Source: a virus
Taxonomy: Duplodnaviria; Caudoviricetes
Length of the DNA stretch: 27,264 nt
Reading direction: 5' to 3' (one strand)
Virus record (IMG/VR): IMGVR_UViG_3300021121_000027
Coordinates: 1-27,264 of that record
The notes beneath the pieces were generated by a model. The model had not been told where the DNA came from. It saw only the letters and a list, made by a program, of their open reading frames with translations, and made no database searches. Shown here piece after piece: positions 7,675-16,452 of this stretch (position 1 is its first letter; every line of letters starts with the position of its first letter). The translations under genes and the position numbers were made by a program.

Positions 7675-10620
7675 TTATTTCATAACTTTTCCTTTCATAA
7701 CTCCTCCACCCATTTTCTTTTGACCTAATTGAGTAGGAGCCATTTCACCAGATTCTTTCTTAGCAGCCTTTGTTGTCTTGATAGCTTCTTTCTTAAGCAT
7801 AGCTGCCTTCTTATCGTTATCAATATGTGGCTTAAACAAATTAGGGAATGCAATATCAGTTATTCCTCTCAATATCTTGATAGACGTATTAACATCTTCT
7901 TTTTCTTTTGCAGTAACTCCGTATTCAGGTTTAAAAGACATTCCTAGACCTTCTGAGATATTATCACTTAAGTTGTTAGCAGATAAAAATCCTTGTGCTA
8001 CATTAGCTCCTAATTGCTTTCCTACATTATCCATTGTTCTTGTTGCTCTTTGAAATTCTATGGTAGGCTTTCCTGTATTGTAGTCTCTCAATGAAGTAAC
8101 ATAAGGGCTATGTCCAGTAGTAGCTACTGATAAAAATTTTATACCAGGAGAGCTAACCATTGGAGCTACAAATGAATTTATTTGGTCTTTTTCTACCTCT
8201 TCTATTGTTTGACCTGCAGAAGCTCCTTGCATCTGACTATTATATACAGCATCTATACCTAATCCCTTAGCGCCTCTTTCTAAAGTTCTGTTTAAGAAAC
8301 CCATATTAACATCCTGATATTTACCTTTTTTATAAAAAAATGGTTTAATATTTGGATGCTCATCTAACCATTGTTTTTCTTCATCATTTAATGGTATTTT
8401 TAAGAAGTTAGATTCTTTATCTTCCCAAGGGTACTTTCCTGTTTGAGCAAAGTATGCCGCAATCCACGCACCAGTCAATCCAATAGCCCCTGCTGATAAC
8501 ATTTGAGCAGCTCTCATGGTAGCCTTTGACTTAAAAGACATTCCTTCTGTTGGAAGTGGCGTCATTCCTAACCATCCTTTAATTCCATTCTTTAAGAAAG
8601 TAGAAGATGCAGTATAAAAGGGAGCAACTCCACTGCCTTTTAGCGTCCTTTCTAATCTACCTTCTAATCCTTTTACATAGTTACCAAGCTGATTAACAAA
8701 CTGTCTTCTTTGTTCAGGCGTTGCCTTAGGGTTTATTTCAAGACATATTCTATCCATCAATACTCTCGCCTTAAGGTCTACTCCTTTAGTTCCATATAAG
8801 AATGGAGACATATCATACAATGCTGCTTTCTTAGCTCCAGTAGCTTCTGATATTTTTTTACTCCATGTAACAGCACCTGATTTCGGACTTAATAAGCCAT
8901 TATTAGCCATGTCTTGCATGTGCTTAATAGCAGCCTCGCTATTCACATCCTCATTAATAATATTAAACATGCTTGTAAATACCTTTGTTATAGGTGTATT
9001 ACCTATTGTTTTTGATGCAAAACTTGTTCCTGGGAATGGAGTTCCATTTACCAATCCACCTACAAGGTTTGCAGTATGTATAGCAGGTTCAAAGATACCA
9101 CCAAGAGAAAACTTAGTAATAGCATTCATTATATTGCTGAATACAGTAGGGTCAGATTGATTTTTATCAAGCATTGGCTTTAATTCCTTGTAAAGCCATT
9201 CAGGTATTAATGCTTTTTTAGGAGGTATATATTTACCATCTCTGACAACACCTTCTCCAACCTCAACTATTTTAGCAGGGTATAACTCCCCATTAATGTT
9301 TATTGTTTCAGCTCCCTTGTCAAATGGCCCTAATTCTTTTAATAATCCGGCCTTACCAAGTTCGCCTACAAAAGCAGATTTATTATTTGCCTTAAATGCT
9401 TCTGTAAGTTGGTCATTAAGTTTTACAACAGATGTATCGTAAGCATTTGCCAATCCTGTTGCTAAATTATTAGCAGCATTTTTAATTTTAGATAATTTAC
9501 CTGCATTCCTTTTTGTAACAAATAATCTTGCTTTTTCATCCATTGGTATCAATGGGAAATATGTATCTAATTCTCCAAGAGCATCAGAGAAAACACCATC
9601 ATTTGAGGCATGATTTTCAGCAATAGGCTTTTCAACCAAGTCCTTATATAGTTGCAATGCACCTTTAAACTTAGGGTCATTTACTATTTCATCATAACTT
9701 CTTCCATCACTAAAATCCATTTTAGCTACATTTTGAGAAGCGTAATCAAAAGCATGACTTAATAATGTTCTTAATTGTTCAAAGTCTCCTTTTTCAATTA
9801 GTGTTTGTGCATCCTCGGATAGATTACTTAATGGAGTTCTTGCTTCAATATTAGAAAGTATGGATGGATATGAACCATTTACAAATTGCTGAATAATTTC
9901 ATCCTCGCTCATTGTTTTAACATCTCTAGACCATTGAGACCATCTATCCTTAATACCTCTCAATCTAGATTCAACAACAACCTTTCTAAGGTCATTCCAT
10001 GTTTGACCACCATATTTTTTAGTAATCTCAGTAACAGCCTTCTTTAATACAATAGCGGCCTGAGAAGCTGATGAATGAAATTTAGCTGCAGCATCTTTTG
10101 ATTCCTGAGAAACCTTGCCAAGCATATTATAGTTGCTTGTAAAATAGTTTCTAATTGCAGGTATTAAATCCTTATACCATGGAGTCTTACCTTCTTTCTG
10201 TTGTCTTGCTGCTACAACATTATCAATCAATGCTCCACTAGCTTGTTTGATTAAACTATATCTATCTCTAGATTCATTATAAATATTAATAAGGTTATCC
10301 TCATCGGTAGCATCTACACCAAATCTTTCTGAAAATTTATTTTTGAAATCATCAAAATTTAATTCTCCTTGGTTTGTAATAAATTGTCCTTTACCAAAGT
10401 TAACCCAGTTGTCAAACTGAGCTTCTTCTCTTCCTATCTTTTTAGTTAAATAGTCAACAGCCTTGTCAACAGTTGGTATATCACCATATCTATGAAAAGC
10501 TAAGTCAGCTAAATCTTCTATCTGCTCATCAGTATAATCCTTACCTTCTTGCTTAAATCTTTCTTTTAAGCCATTCCTAAGGTCATACCATTCTTTAGAA
10601 CTTTTATTAGGACAAATCAT
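7675..10620 (-). CDS. Large internal virion/DNA ejection (cargo) protein
   Basis: 981 aa, mostly helical-looking; begins MICPNKSSKEW, a start seen in large crAss-like cargo proteins; hydrophobic stretch MLSAGAIGLTGAWIAAYFA; last gene of the post-tail cluster. Confidence 0.65.
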   Translation of the reverse strand: MICPNKSSKEWYDLRNGLKERFKQEGKDYTDEQIEDLADLAFHRYGDIPTVDKAVDYLTKKIGREEAQFDNWVNFGKGQFITNQGELNFDDFKNKFSERFGVDATDEDNLINIYNESRDRYSLIKQASGALIDNVVAARQQKEGKTPWYKDLIPAIRNYFTSNYNMLGKVSQESKDAAAKFHSSASQAAIVLKKAVTEITKKYGGQTWNDLRKVVVESRLRGIKDRWSQWSRDVKTMSEDEIIQQFVNGSYPSILSNIEARTPLSNLSEDAQTLIEKGDFEQLRTLLSHAFDYASQNVAKMDFSDGRSYDEIVNDPKFKGALQLYKDLVEKPIAENHASNDGVFSDALGELDTYFPLIPMDEKARLFVTKRNAGKLSKIKNAANNLATGLANAYDTSVVKLNDQLTEAFKANNKSAFVGELGKAGLLKELGPFDKGAETININGELYPAKIVEVGEGVVRDGKYIPPKKALIPEWLYKELKPMLDKNQSDPTVFSNIMNAITKFSLGGIFEPAIHTANLVGGLVNGTPFPGTSFASKTIGNTPITKVFTSMFNIINEDVNSEAAIKHMQDMANNGLLSPKSGAVTWSKKISEATGAKKAALYDMSPFLYGTKGVDLKARVLMDRICLEINPKATPEQRRQFVNQLGNYVKGLEGRLERTLKGSGVAPFYTASSTFLKNGIKGWLGMTPLPTEGMSFKSKATMRAAQMLSAGAIGLTGAWIAAYFAQTGKYPWEDKESNFLKIPLNDEEKQWLDEHPNIKPFFYKKGKYQDVNMGFLNRTLERGAKGLGIDAVYNSQMQGASAGQTIEEVEKDQINSFVAPMVSSPGIKFLSVATTGHSPYVTSLRDYNTGKPTIEFQRATRTMDNVGKQLGANVAQGFLSANNLSDNISEGLGMSFKPEYGVTAKEKEDVNTSIKILRGITDIAFPNLFKPHIDNDKKAAMLKKEAIKTTKAAKKESGEMAPTQLGQKKMGGGVMKGKVMK

Positions 10621-10772
10621 TATTTTTTCTTTTTTGCAGCTGATATTGCTATAGCCACTATTTGTTTTTGACTTCTTGGTTTAGTTCCTTTGTGAGCTAA
10701 CTCATGAATATTAGAGCTGATAGCTTTTTGAACAGCTTCTTTACCTTTCCCTTTAGCGGACTTGAGTGGCAT
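10620..10772 (-). CDS. Small basic phage protein, 50 aa (not in the ORF track)
   Basis: MPLKSAKGKGKEAVQKAISSNIHELAHKGTKPRSQKQIVAIAISAAKKKK*; starts 1 nt after the ATP-grasp stop and its TAA overlaps the next ATG; MPLK...ISxNIxEL...QxVAIA is a pattern common in small phage proteins. Confidence 0.85.
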   Translation of the reverse strand: MPLKSAKGKGKEAVQKAISSNIHELAHKGTKPRSQKQIVAIAISAAKKKK

Positions 10773-10773
10773 A

Positions 10774-12075
10774 TTACTTTTTTTTAGATAGTTTAATCAT
10801 TTTTTCAAATGCCTCGATAGCCTCATCAGCACCCTCAGTCTTGATATTCAAATCATAACCCTCAATCATCTCAGCCATCTTCTCAATCTTTCTTTTACAC
10901 TCCTCATGACTCTTACCTACAGCAACCAAGCTACCAATGGTAGATGAATCGCCTAAACGTAATACATGGTATGTACCATCAATCTTGATAGGATTAATCA
11001 ACTTAACCCACTGACGAATGCTCTCTGGGAAGTAAACTGTTTGGTGGTTACCACTATGCCAACCTGAGCTGATTAATATCTCCATTCCATAAGGGTTATC
11101 TGTTTCAGGGTCTACCAACTCTCCGTTAGCACCCTTCCAAATAATGTCCCCTAGGTTCTTATATATTTCTTGGTATAACGCATTTGGAGGTAATCCTAAG
11201 CGCATACATGGGTCAATAAAGTAATGTTTACCATCCTTGGTAGTTCTTACCTCTGTAGAGAAGAAACCATTGTGGTCATACTTCTTTAATAAGATACCAA
11301 ATTTATCATTTACAGCCTTATTACCGACACTTAAATCTTTATCATCTATTAACTTACCTGCGTAAGAAACGTCCTTAATTTCGCATCCTGTAAACATTTT
11401 AGAAGGTAGTTCGCCATCAATAGCGTATGCATCTATACCTTCCTCAACCTCAGCCGGAATAGAATCAACTACAACAAACTCACATATAGTCTTTAATGGC
11501 CCAAGTGTTGCCTCAAGATTGTCCAATAAAGGCTCGGATAGCTTATAGTTAATGTGGTGAAATGTTTCAAATGTCTTTCTATATTTAGATATTTTAACAT
11601 ATTTGTCTTTGTTCTTTTTAAGATGCTCTCTTAATGCAGCAAGACCTACAACCTTAACTGTAGGAGCCACATCCATTCCAAGCTTCTTCATTTCAACTGC
11701 AGTCTCGTATCTGTTTAATTCAAGACGCTCAGCCTTTCCTGAACCAAAACAAGGAATACCTGAAGCCTCTAATAACTCTAATAAGTCGCCATCGTAAATA
11801 TCAGGAGTAAAGAAACAATCAATCTTATCCATTACCTCAAATAGATTCTCAATACGCTCAATGTTTTTACCATCGAAAGTATTAAGTTTCTTTCCGTTCT
11901 TCCATTCAGTTCCAACAACTGCCTCAGCCATTCCTGGATAGGCATCTTTCCATTCTGTATAATAATACACCTTTTTGAAGTAATCAGCTAGTTTTAAACA
12001 GAACTCAAAAAAAAGTCCGTTGTCTACACACAATATTACCTTGTCTTTGGCGTTACCTAAGGTTATTTTTTCCAT
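10774..12075 (-). CDS. ATP-grasp-fold ligase, divergent PurD (phosphoribosylamine-glycine ligase)-like
   Basis: Rossmann-like N-terminus (VILCVDNG); GIPCFGSGKAERLELNR...MKKLGM parallels PurD GIPxFGPxxxAAxLExSK; YVK lysine; YFIDPCMRLGLPP parallels ExNxRFGDP. PurD GGREH and NTGGMG motifs are absent. Confidence 0.75.
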   Translation of the reverse strand: MEKITLGNAKDKVILCVDNGLFFEFCLKLADYFKKVYYYTEWKDAYPGMAEAVVGTEWKNGKKLNTFDGKNIERIENLFEVMDKIDCFFTPDIYDGDLLELLEASGIPCFGSGKAERLELNRYETAVEMKKLGMDVAPTVKVVGLAALREHLKKNKDKYVKISKYRKTFETFHHINYKLSEPLLDNLEATLGPLKTICEFVVVDSIPAEVEEGIDAYAIDGELPSKMFTGCEIKDVSYAGKLIDDKDLSVGNKAVNDKFGILLKKYDHNGFFSTEVRTTKDGKHYFIDPCMRLGLPPNALYQEIYKNLGDIIWKGANGELVDPETDNPYGMEILISSGWHSGNHQTVYFPESIRQWVKLINPIKIDGTYHVLRLGDSSTIGSLVAVGKSHEECKRKIEKMAEMIEGYDLNIKTEGADEAIEAFEKMIKLSKKK

Positions 12076-12087
12076 GGTCTAAAGTTA

Positions 12088-12384
12088 CTATTTTTTCTTT
12101 TTAAAGACTGACTTGAATTTATTTACAAAACTTTCTGCGAAGGTATTCTTCTTCTGTTTCTCCGAAGTCTGCATATCGTTCTGACTCATACTCTCGCTTG
12201 AATCGCTCTGGGTCTGCTCTTCTTGATTTTGTGTACTCATCATAGCTTGACTGCTCTGTTGGCGTTGCTCCTTCAATTGGTTCAGCTTTACCTGTAGGTT
12301 CTGCTGAAACTTCTCCTGCAACTCCTGTGGTAGTGTCTGTGCGAAGTCCAGCACTTCTTGCTTTGTCTTCATATTCTGTTCCAT
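12088..12384 (-). CDS. Possible overprinted 98-aa Q/E/K-rich protein in the +1 frame of the 704-aa gene
   Basis: ATG-initiated, amphipathic helical N-half, extends 31 nt past the host gene stop and ends 12 nt before the ATP-grasp start. Confidence 0.45.
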   Translation of the reverse strand: MEQNMKTKQEVLDFAQTLPQELQEKFQQNLQVKLNQLKEQRQQSSQAMMSTQNQEEQTQSDSSESMSQNDMQTSEKQKKNTFAESFVNKFKSVFKKKK

Positions 12385-14233
12385 TTACTGTTTCTGATAA
12401 AGCCTCTTGATGGGCTGTTAATTCTTTTTTATTGTCTGATACCTTCTGTAAATCTTGTTCAGGTATTTCTTGTATTGTTTTATAGTCAGTTCCTAACTCT
12501 TTGTTAACTGAGTTTATAGCATGGGTAACATTATCAAATCCCATGTCCTTAGCTTTTTGGTCTGCAGTCTTACCCTCTTCTGTTTGAGTATACGGTTCTT
12601 TTGTCTCAATTGGTAAACCTGTTTTATCATCTATCTCATACACATCACCTTGTCCTGTCTCTATAATTTTATTTTGTCTATTCTTAAGCTCAGCAATTCT
12701 TTGTTCTTCTGTTTTAATAATAGCCTCAGGTATATTAGCATCAGGAGCTTTCATTGCTGAAAGTTTAGCAGTACCATTATCAATAGCCTCTTGAAGACCT
12801 GCTACATGATGTACTATATCTTGAGGTACATAATCAACTACCTTTTGTCTTGCATTATTATAAGACTTAAGATTCTCTATAACTTGTTTACCTTCTGCTC
12901 CATATTTAGATGCAGTAGATTCTAATATTTCTTTTGGTAAATTAGATAGGTATTCTTTAGCTGATGATACCATTGTTTTTGCAAACTTTAATGGATGCAT
13001 TCCTACATTAAAGGCAAGGTCTTGTAAATAATAATCAGTAAATCCTTTACCGCTATTTGATACAGCATCTTGAAAATTAACATCATAACCTTGACCTTTT
13101 TTAATACCATATTCTACAATAGGCTGACTAGCCCCCATAGCAGCAATCTTAGTAGGTTTTGCTACATAATTCTTAAAAGCATTCCTTGATGCAGTTAATT
13201 CAGGAGACTCTCCTCCAGACATAGATGCCATGGCATATTGAATAGCAGCATCAGGAACAGCAGCTAATGGAGCGTCTTGCATAGCCGCCTGAGCAGCCTG
13301 AACGCCTGCCTCTCCTTCATCCATTCCTTTATCAACTAATTCTTTTTTCTTTTCCCAATAAAGTTCTTGTCTTTTTATTGACGTACCAACCCATAAAGCA
13401 TCAGCCCCTAATGCAGCAGCACCACCACCAAATCCTCCTGTAGCAGCTTCTCCTGCAGCAGTGATAGCCAACATCTTTGGTATTCCACCAAGCATTATAC
13501 CATACTTATTTTTAACATCTTGAACCTCAGGAGCTTTGGAAGCCTCATTCTCCATATATACTGAAAACTCAGTAGGGTCAGATATAGTATTTATTTTAGC
13601 TGCATCTATTTCAGCCCTAAGCCCTCCAACGGTTTCGTCTATTGTGCTTTTTAAAAATCCTATACTTCTTCCGTAATCTTTCTCCCCTTTATTATTTTCT
13701 GTAGCAACTAATGTTCCATCATAAACATCCTTTAATACAGCATCTCTTTCTTTTTTATAATTAGCATCTCCTTGCTTAAAGGTAATACCCTTTGCCTTTA
13801 ATCTTCTTTGGGTAACATTATCAAAAGCCTTTTCTTCTTCCTTAAGATTTCTAATAATTGGCTTAGCCATTCCTGTAGTACCATCTGAAGGCTTTTTATT
13901 TTTTGCCTCCAACTCCATTGATTCCATTGGAGTAGGCTTAACAACACCTGCACTGCCTTCCCATTCATCTTTACCTTTTTTAGTAAAACTGCCTAGCATG
14001 TCTCTTTCAGAGAACCAAGTAGGCATATCTTTGCTAGTTTGTTTTTCTTGCTTAGGTTCTTTAGGTATTTTTCTATTTAAAAAACCCATAATTTCTGAAT
14101 CAGAAACTCCATCTTTACTAGCTGACTCAAAATCAAAATCAACATTGAATTTGTTTTTAAAATAACTAGAAAGCTCCTGATTAGAAACTCCATCTTTTCT
14201 AGCACCAGTTATGTCAAATTGTATATCTGGCAT
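12119..14233 (-). CDS. Internal virion/DNA ejection protein
   Basis: 704 aa; two tandem N-terminal FDxxxAxKDGVSxxE(L/I)xx(Y/F) motifs; Gly/Ala-rich hydrophobic middle (LAITAAGEAATGGFGGGAAALGA); TAATG-coupled to the upstream gene. Confidence 0.65.
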   Translation of the reverse strand: MPDIQFDITGARKDGVSNQELSSYFKNKFNVDFDFESASKDGVSDSEIMGFLNRKIPKEPKQEKQTSKDMPTWFSERDMLGSFTKKGKDEWEGSAGVVKPTPMESMELEAKNKKPSDGTTGMAKPIIRNLKEEEKAFDNVTQRRLKAKGITFKQGDANYKKERDAVLKDVYDGTLVATENNKGEKDYGRSIGFLKSTIDETVGGLRAEIDAAKINTISDPTEFSVYMENEASKAPEVQDVKNKYGIMLGGIPKMLAITAAGEAATGGFGGGAAALGADALWVGTSIKRQELYWEKKKELVDKGMDEGEAGVQAAQAAMQDAPLAAVPDAAIQYAMASMSGGESPELTASRNAFKNYVAKPTKIAAMGASQPIVEYGIKKGQGYDVNFQDAVSNSGKGFTDYYLQDLAFNVGMHPLKFAKTMVSSAKEYLSNLPKEILESTASKYGAEGKQVIENLKSYNNARQKVVDYVPQDIVHHVAGLQEAIDNGTAKLSAMKAPDANIPEAIIKTEEQRIAELKNRQNKIIETGQGDVYEIDDKTGLPIETKEPYTQTEEGKTADQKAKDMGFDNVTHAINSVNKELGTDYKTIQEIPEQDLQKVSDNKKELTAHQEALSETVNGTEYEDKARSAGLRTDTTTGVAGEVSAEPTGKAEPIEGATPTEQSSYDEYTKSRRADPERFKREYESERYADFGETEEEYLRRKFCK

Positions 14234-15867
14234 TATTTTTTCTTTAGATATTTATCTAATTTATGTGGTGTTGATTTTGGCTCTGACTTACCTCTACCTT
14301 CATCAGTAGCAGTACCCATATCTAATATACCTATTGCCGTCTGTGTCAATGTATTATAAGCTCCTTTTTTAGCCTGAGAACCTAATGCACCAATATTAAG
14401 TTTCATAAAGTCATCATAACCTTTTTCTGAATCATCAAAAAACTTATATGCAGGTTGACCATTTGCATCAACGCCTTCTGTGGTAATAATACCTTTTTTG
14501 ATTTCATCTACAGGTACACCTAAACTACTAGCTACTTTATCTGCAGGCATTTTAGATAATGCATCAACAGATACACCTAATTTTTTAGCAACAGTATTTA
14601 CGGCATCTTTATTATTATCGTTTAATGGTTCGCCAAATTTATAAACAGAGTTAGTAAATCCATTAGGAACCTTAGATATAGCAGCGCGAGCTGTATTCAA
14701 GTTTCCATTTTGTATATTATGGAACATTCCCATCGTAAGGTTTAATAAATCATTATTTGTATTTGGATGTTTTTGTTTCCATAAATAATTTTGTTGAGAC
14801 CAAGCATGAGCCTTAGCTGCCTTAATATCAGAAACCTCAAGATTAACAACTTCTTTTCCGTTAGGATAAAACTCCTTGTCTTGTGCAGTAGTTTTAATTT
14901 TGTTAATATTATTAACTATTTGATTGGCTAATAAATAATTTTTTAAATCAAATGTACTCGTCCCTGTTGGAACAGGTATATTTGGTTTTCTTGTTGGTTT
15001 TCCATCTATACCTGGATGTTCAGGATATAAATCCTTACCATCTTCTGTTTTATATTTAGCTAATTGCTCGTCACTAATATTATTATATTGGTCAAATATT
15101 CTATCAACCTGACCAGTTGAAATAGCATTAGACATTATGTTGTCTGCTACTTTTGTTTTGTCTTTAGTATTTTCAACAAAATTATTAATTATATTTTGAG
15201 CATTATTTGGATGTAATACTCCAGATACAACATCAGCTACTATTGTATTAGGCAATTTACCATCTGCTTTTTTAATTCTTATATTATCTACCTTAGCTTC
15301 TTTTGTAAGCTGATTATCTAATTGAATAGACATTTTATTCAAATCAGGTAATGAGTATTTAATATCATCAATACTTGGTAATCCACCTTCTTCTAATATC
15401 TTTGATGTTGGCGTATTTGATATTTTTTTTACAAGTTCAATACCATCCTCACTTGCTTTCCCTGATTTTATTAACTGATTAGCGTCTTTTAAAAATGCAG
15501 TTGTTTCTTGGCTTTGTTTAATTAACCTTTCGGTATTATTAAGATGCATTTGACTATCTCCATACAATTTCTTATATCTTTGAATGTCAGATGTAAATAA
15601 ATTAGGATTATTAGCTAGTGGTAAAGCATTGTTTACCCATTGTTGCTTTGAATTATTTATTCCAATAAGGTCAATATCTCTTACACCTGTAGCTGTAGTT
15701 TTTAATGAAGAGTCTAATTTAAGATACTCTTGCATTGCATATTTTCTTTCTAACTTAGCTTCATCAGCAGCTCTTTTAGCGGCAGCATCTATATTTTTAT
15801 AAAAGCTACTAAAATCTACTGGGCCATATGCGGCCTTTAATGTGCTATCTGATATACCTAATGGCAT
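14233..15867 (-). CDS. Probable internal virion/ejection protein
   Basis: 544 aa with a helical, charged N-terminus; lies between the pilot-like gene and other cargo genes. Confidence 0.55.
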   Translation of the reverse strand: MPLGISDSTLKAAYGPVDFSSFYKNIDAAAKRAADEAKLERKYAMQEYLKLDSSLKTTATGVRDIDLIGINNSKQQWVNNALPLANNPNLFTSDIQRYKKLYGDSQMHLNNTERLIKQSQETTAFLKDANQLIKSGKASEDGIELVKKISNTPTSKILEEGGLPSIDDIKYSLPDLNKMSIQLDNQLTKEAKVDNIRIKKADGKLPNTIVADVVSGVLHPNNAQNIINNFVENTKDKTKVADNIMSNAISTGQVDRIFDQYNNISDEQLAKYKTEDGKDLYPEHPGIDGKPTRKPNIPVPTGTSTFDLKNYLLANQIVNNINKIKTTAQDKEFYPNGKEVVNLEVSDIKAAKAHAWSQQNYLWKQKHPNTNNDLLNLTMGMFHNIQNGNLNTARAAISKVPNGFTNSVYKFGEPLNDNNKDAVNTVAKKLGVSVDALSKMPADKVASSLGVPVDEIKKGIITTEGVDANGQPAYKFFDDSEKGYDDFMKLNIGALGSQAKKGAYNTLTQTAIGILDMGTATDEGRGKSEPKSTPHKLDKYLKKK

Positions 15868-15880
15868 AGTTATAATTTAT

Positions 15881-16450
15881 TTATTTACCAAACATCCCAG
15901 CTGCTGCTGTTCCTAAACCAGAACCTAAGCCAGACAATCCTTGAGCAACATTTTGTCTTGCTGCTGCAAGTGTTTGCATAGCCATATTAGCCTTAAGAGA
16001 TTGTTTTTCTTGTTGACTTTTAAATGCTTTTTCTTTTTCTTTTGCTTGCAATCCTGCTGCTTGAACTAAACTAGCTTGATTTTGCTTTTGAGCAGCATCC
16101 TCTTGCCCTGCTAATTGTAATGCACCTTTTTGTCTTTGAGCTTGAATTGAACCAATCATACCAAGTCCAGCTTTTCTATCTTGAGCAGCACCCATAGCAG
16201 CCTGTGCTCCTGATTCTATACCTTGAGTTGCTAATTGTCTTGCAGCACCACTTAAACCTTTTGTAGAACGCATTTTAGCGCCTTCATAAATACCACCTAT
16301 TTCTTGAGATGGAATATAAGTAGACATTGCATCAACAGCTGCATTTGCTGCTCTTCTTTTTTTGCCTTGACCTATTAATCCTAATGCAGTTTGAGCTAAA
16401 CCTGCTACTGCTTCAGCTCCCCCTAATATTGCTGACGATGTTAATCCCAT
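15881..16450 (-). CDS. Small Gly/Ala/Gln-rich DNA ejection (pilot-like) protein
   Basis: 189 aa with hydrophobic Gly/Ala termini and a Q/K coiled-coil core, directly after the tail stabilisation gene as in podoviruses. Confidence 0.7.
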   Translation of the reverse strand: MGLTSSAILGGAEAVAGLAQTALGLIGQGKKRRAANAAVDAMSTYIPSQEIGGIYEGAKMRSTKGLSGAARQLATQGIESGAQAAMGAAQDRKAGLGMIGSIQAQRQKGALQLAGQEDAAQKQNQASLVQAAGLQAKEKEKAFKSQQEKQSLKANMAMQTLAAARQNVAQGLSGLGSGLGTAAAGMFGK

Positions 16451-16452
16451 AT

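Noticed and set aside
10774-12075. Assigning the symbol purD / calling it a purine auxiliary metabolic gene
   Set aside because: PurD substrate-binding motifs are missing and the context is virion genes, not nucleotide metabolism.
14125-14145. DFDFE as an RNA polymerase DxDxD motif
   Set aside because: Third Asp is absent and the segment belongs to the N-terminal tandem motif.
10620-14250. Poly-lysine C-termini on several neighbouring proteins as a shared modification tag
   Set aside because: Most simply explained by overlap with the A-rich translation initiation region of the next gene.
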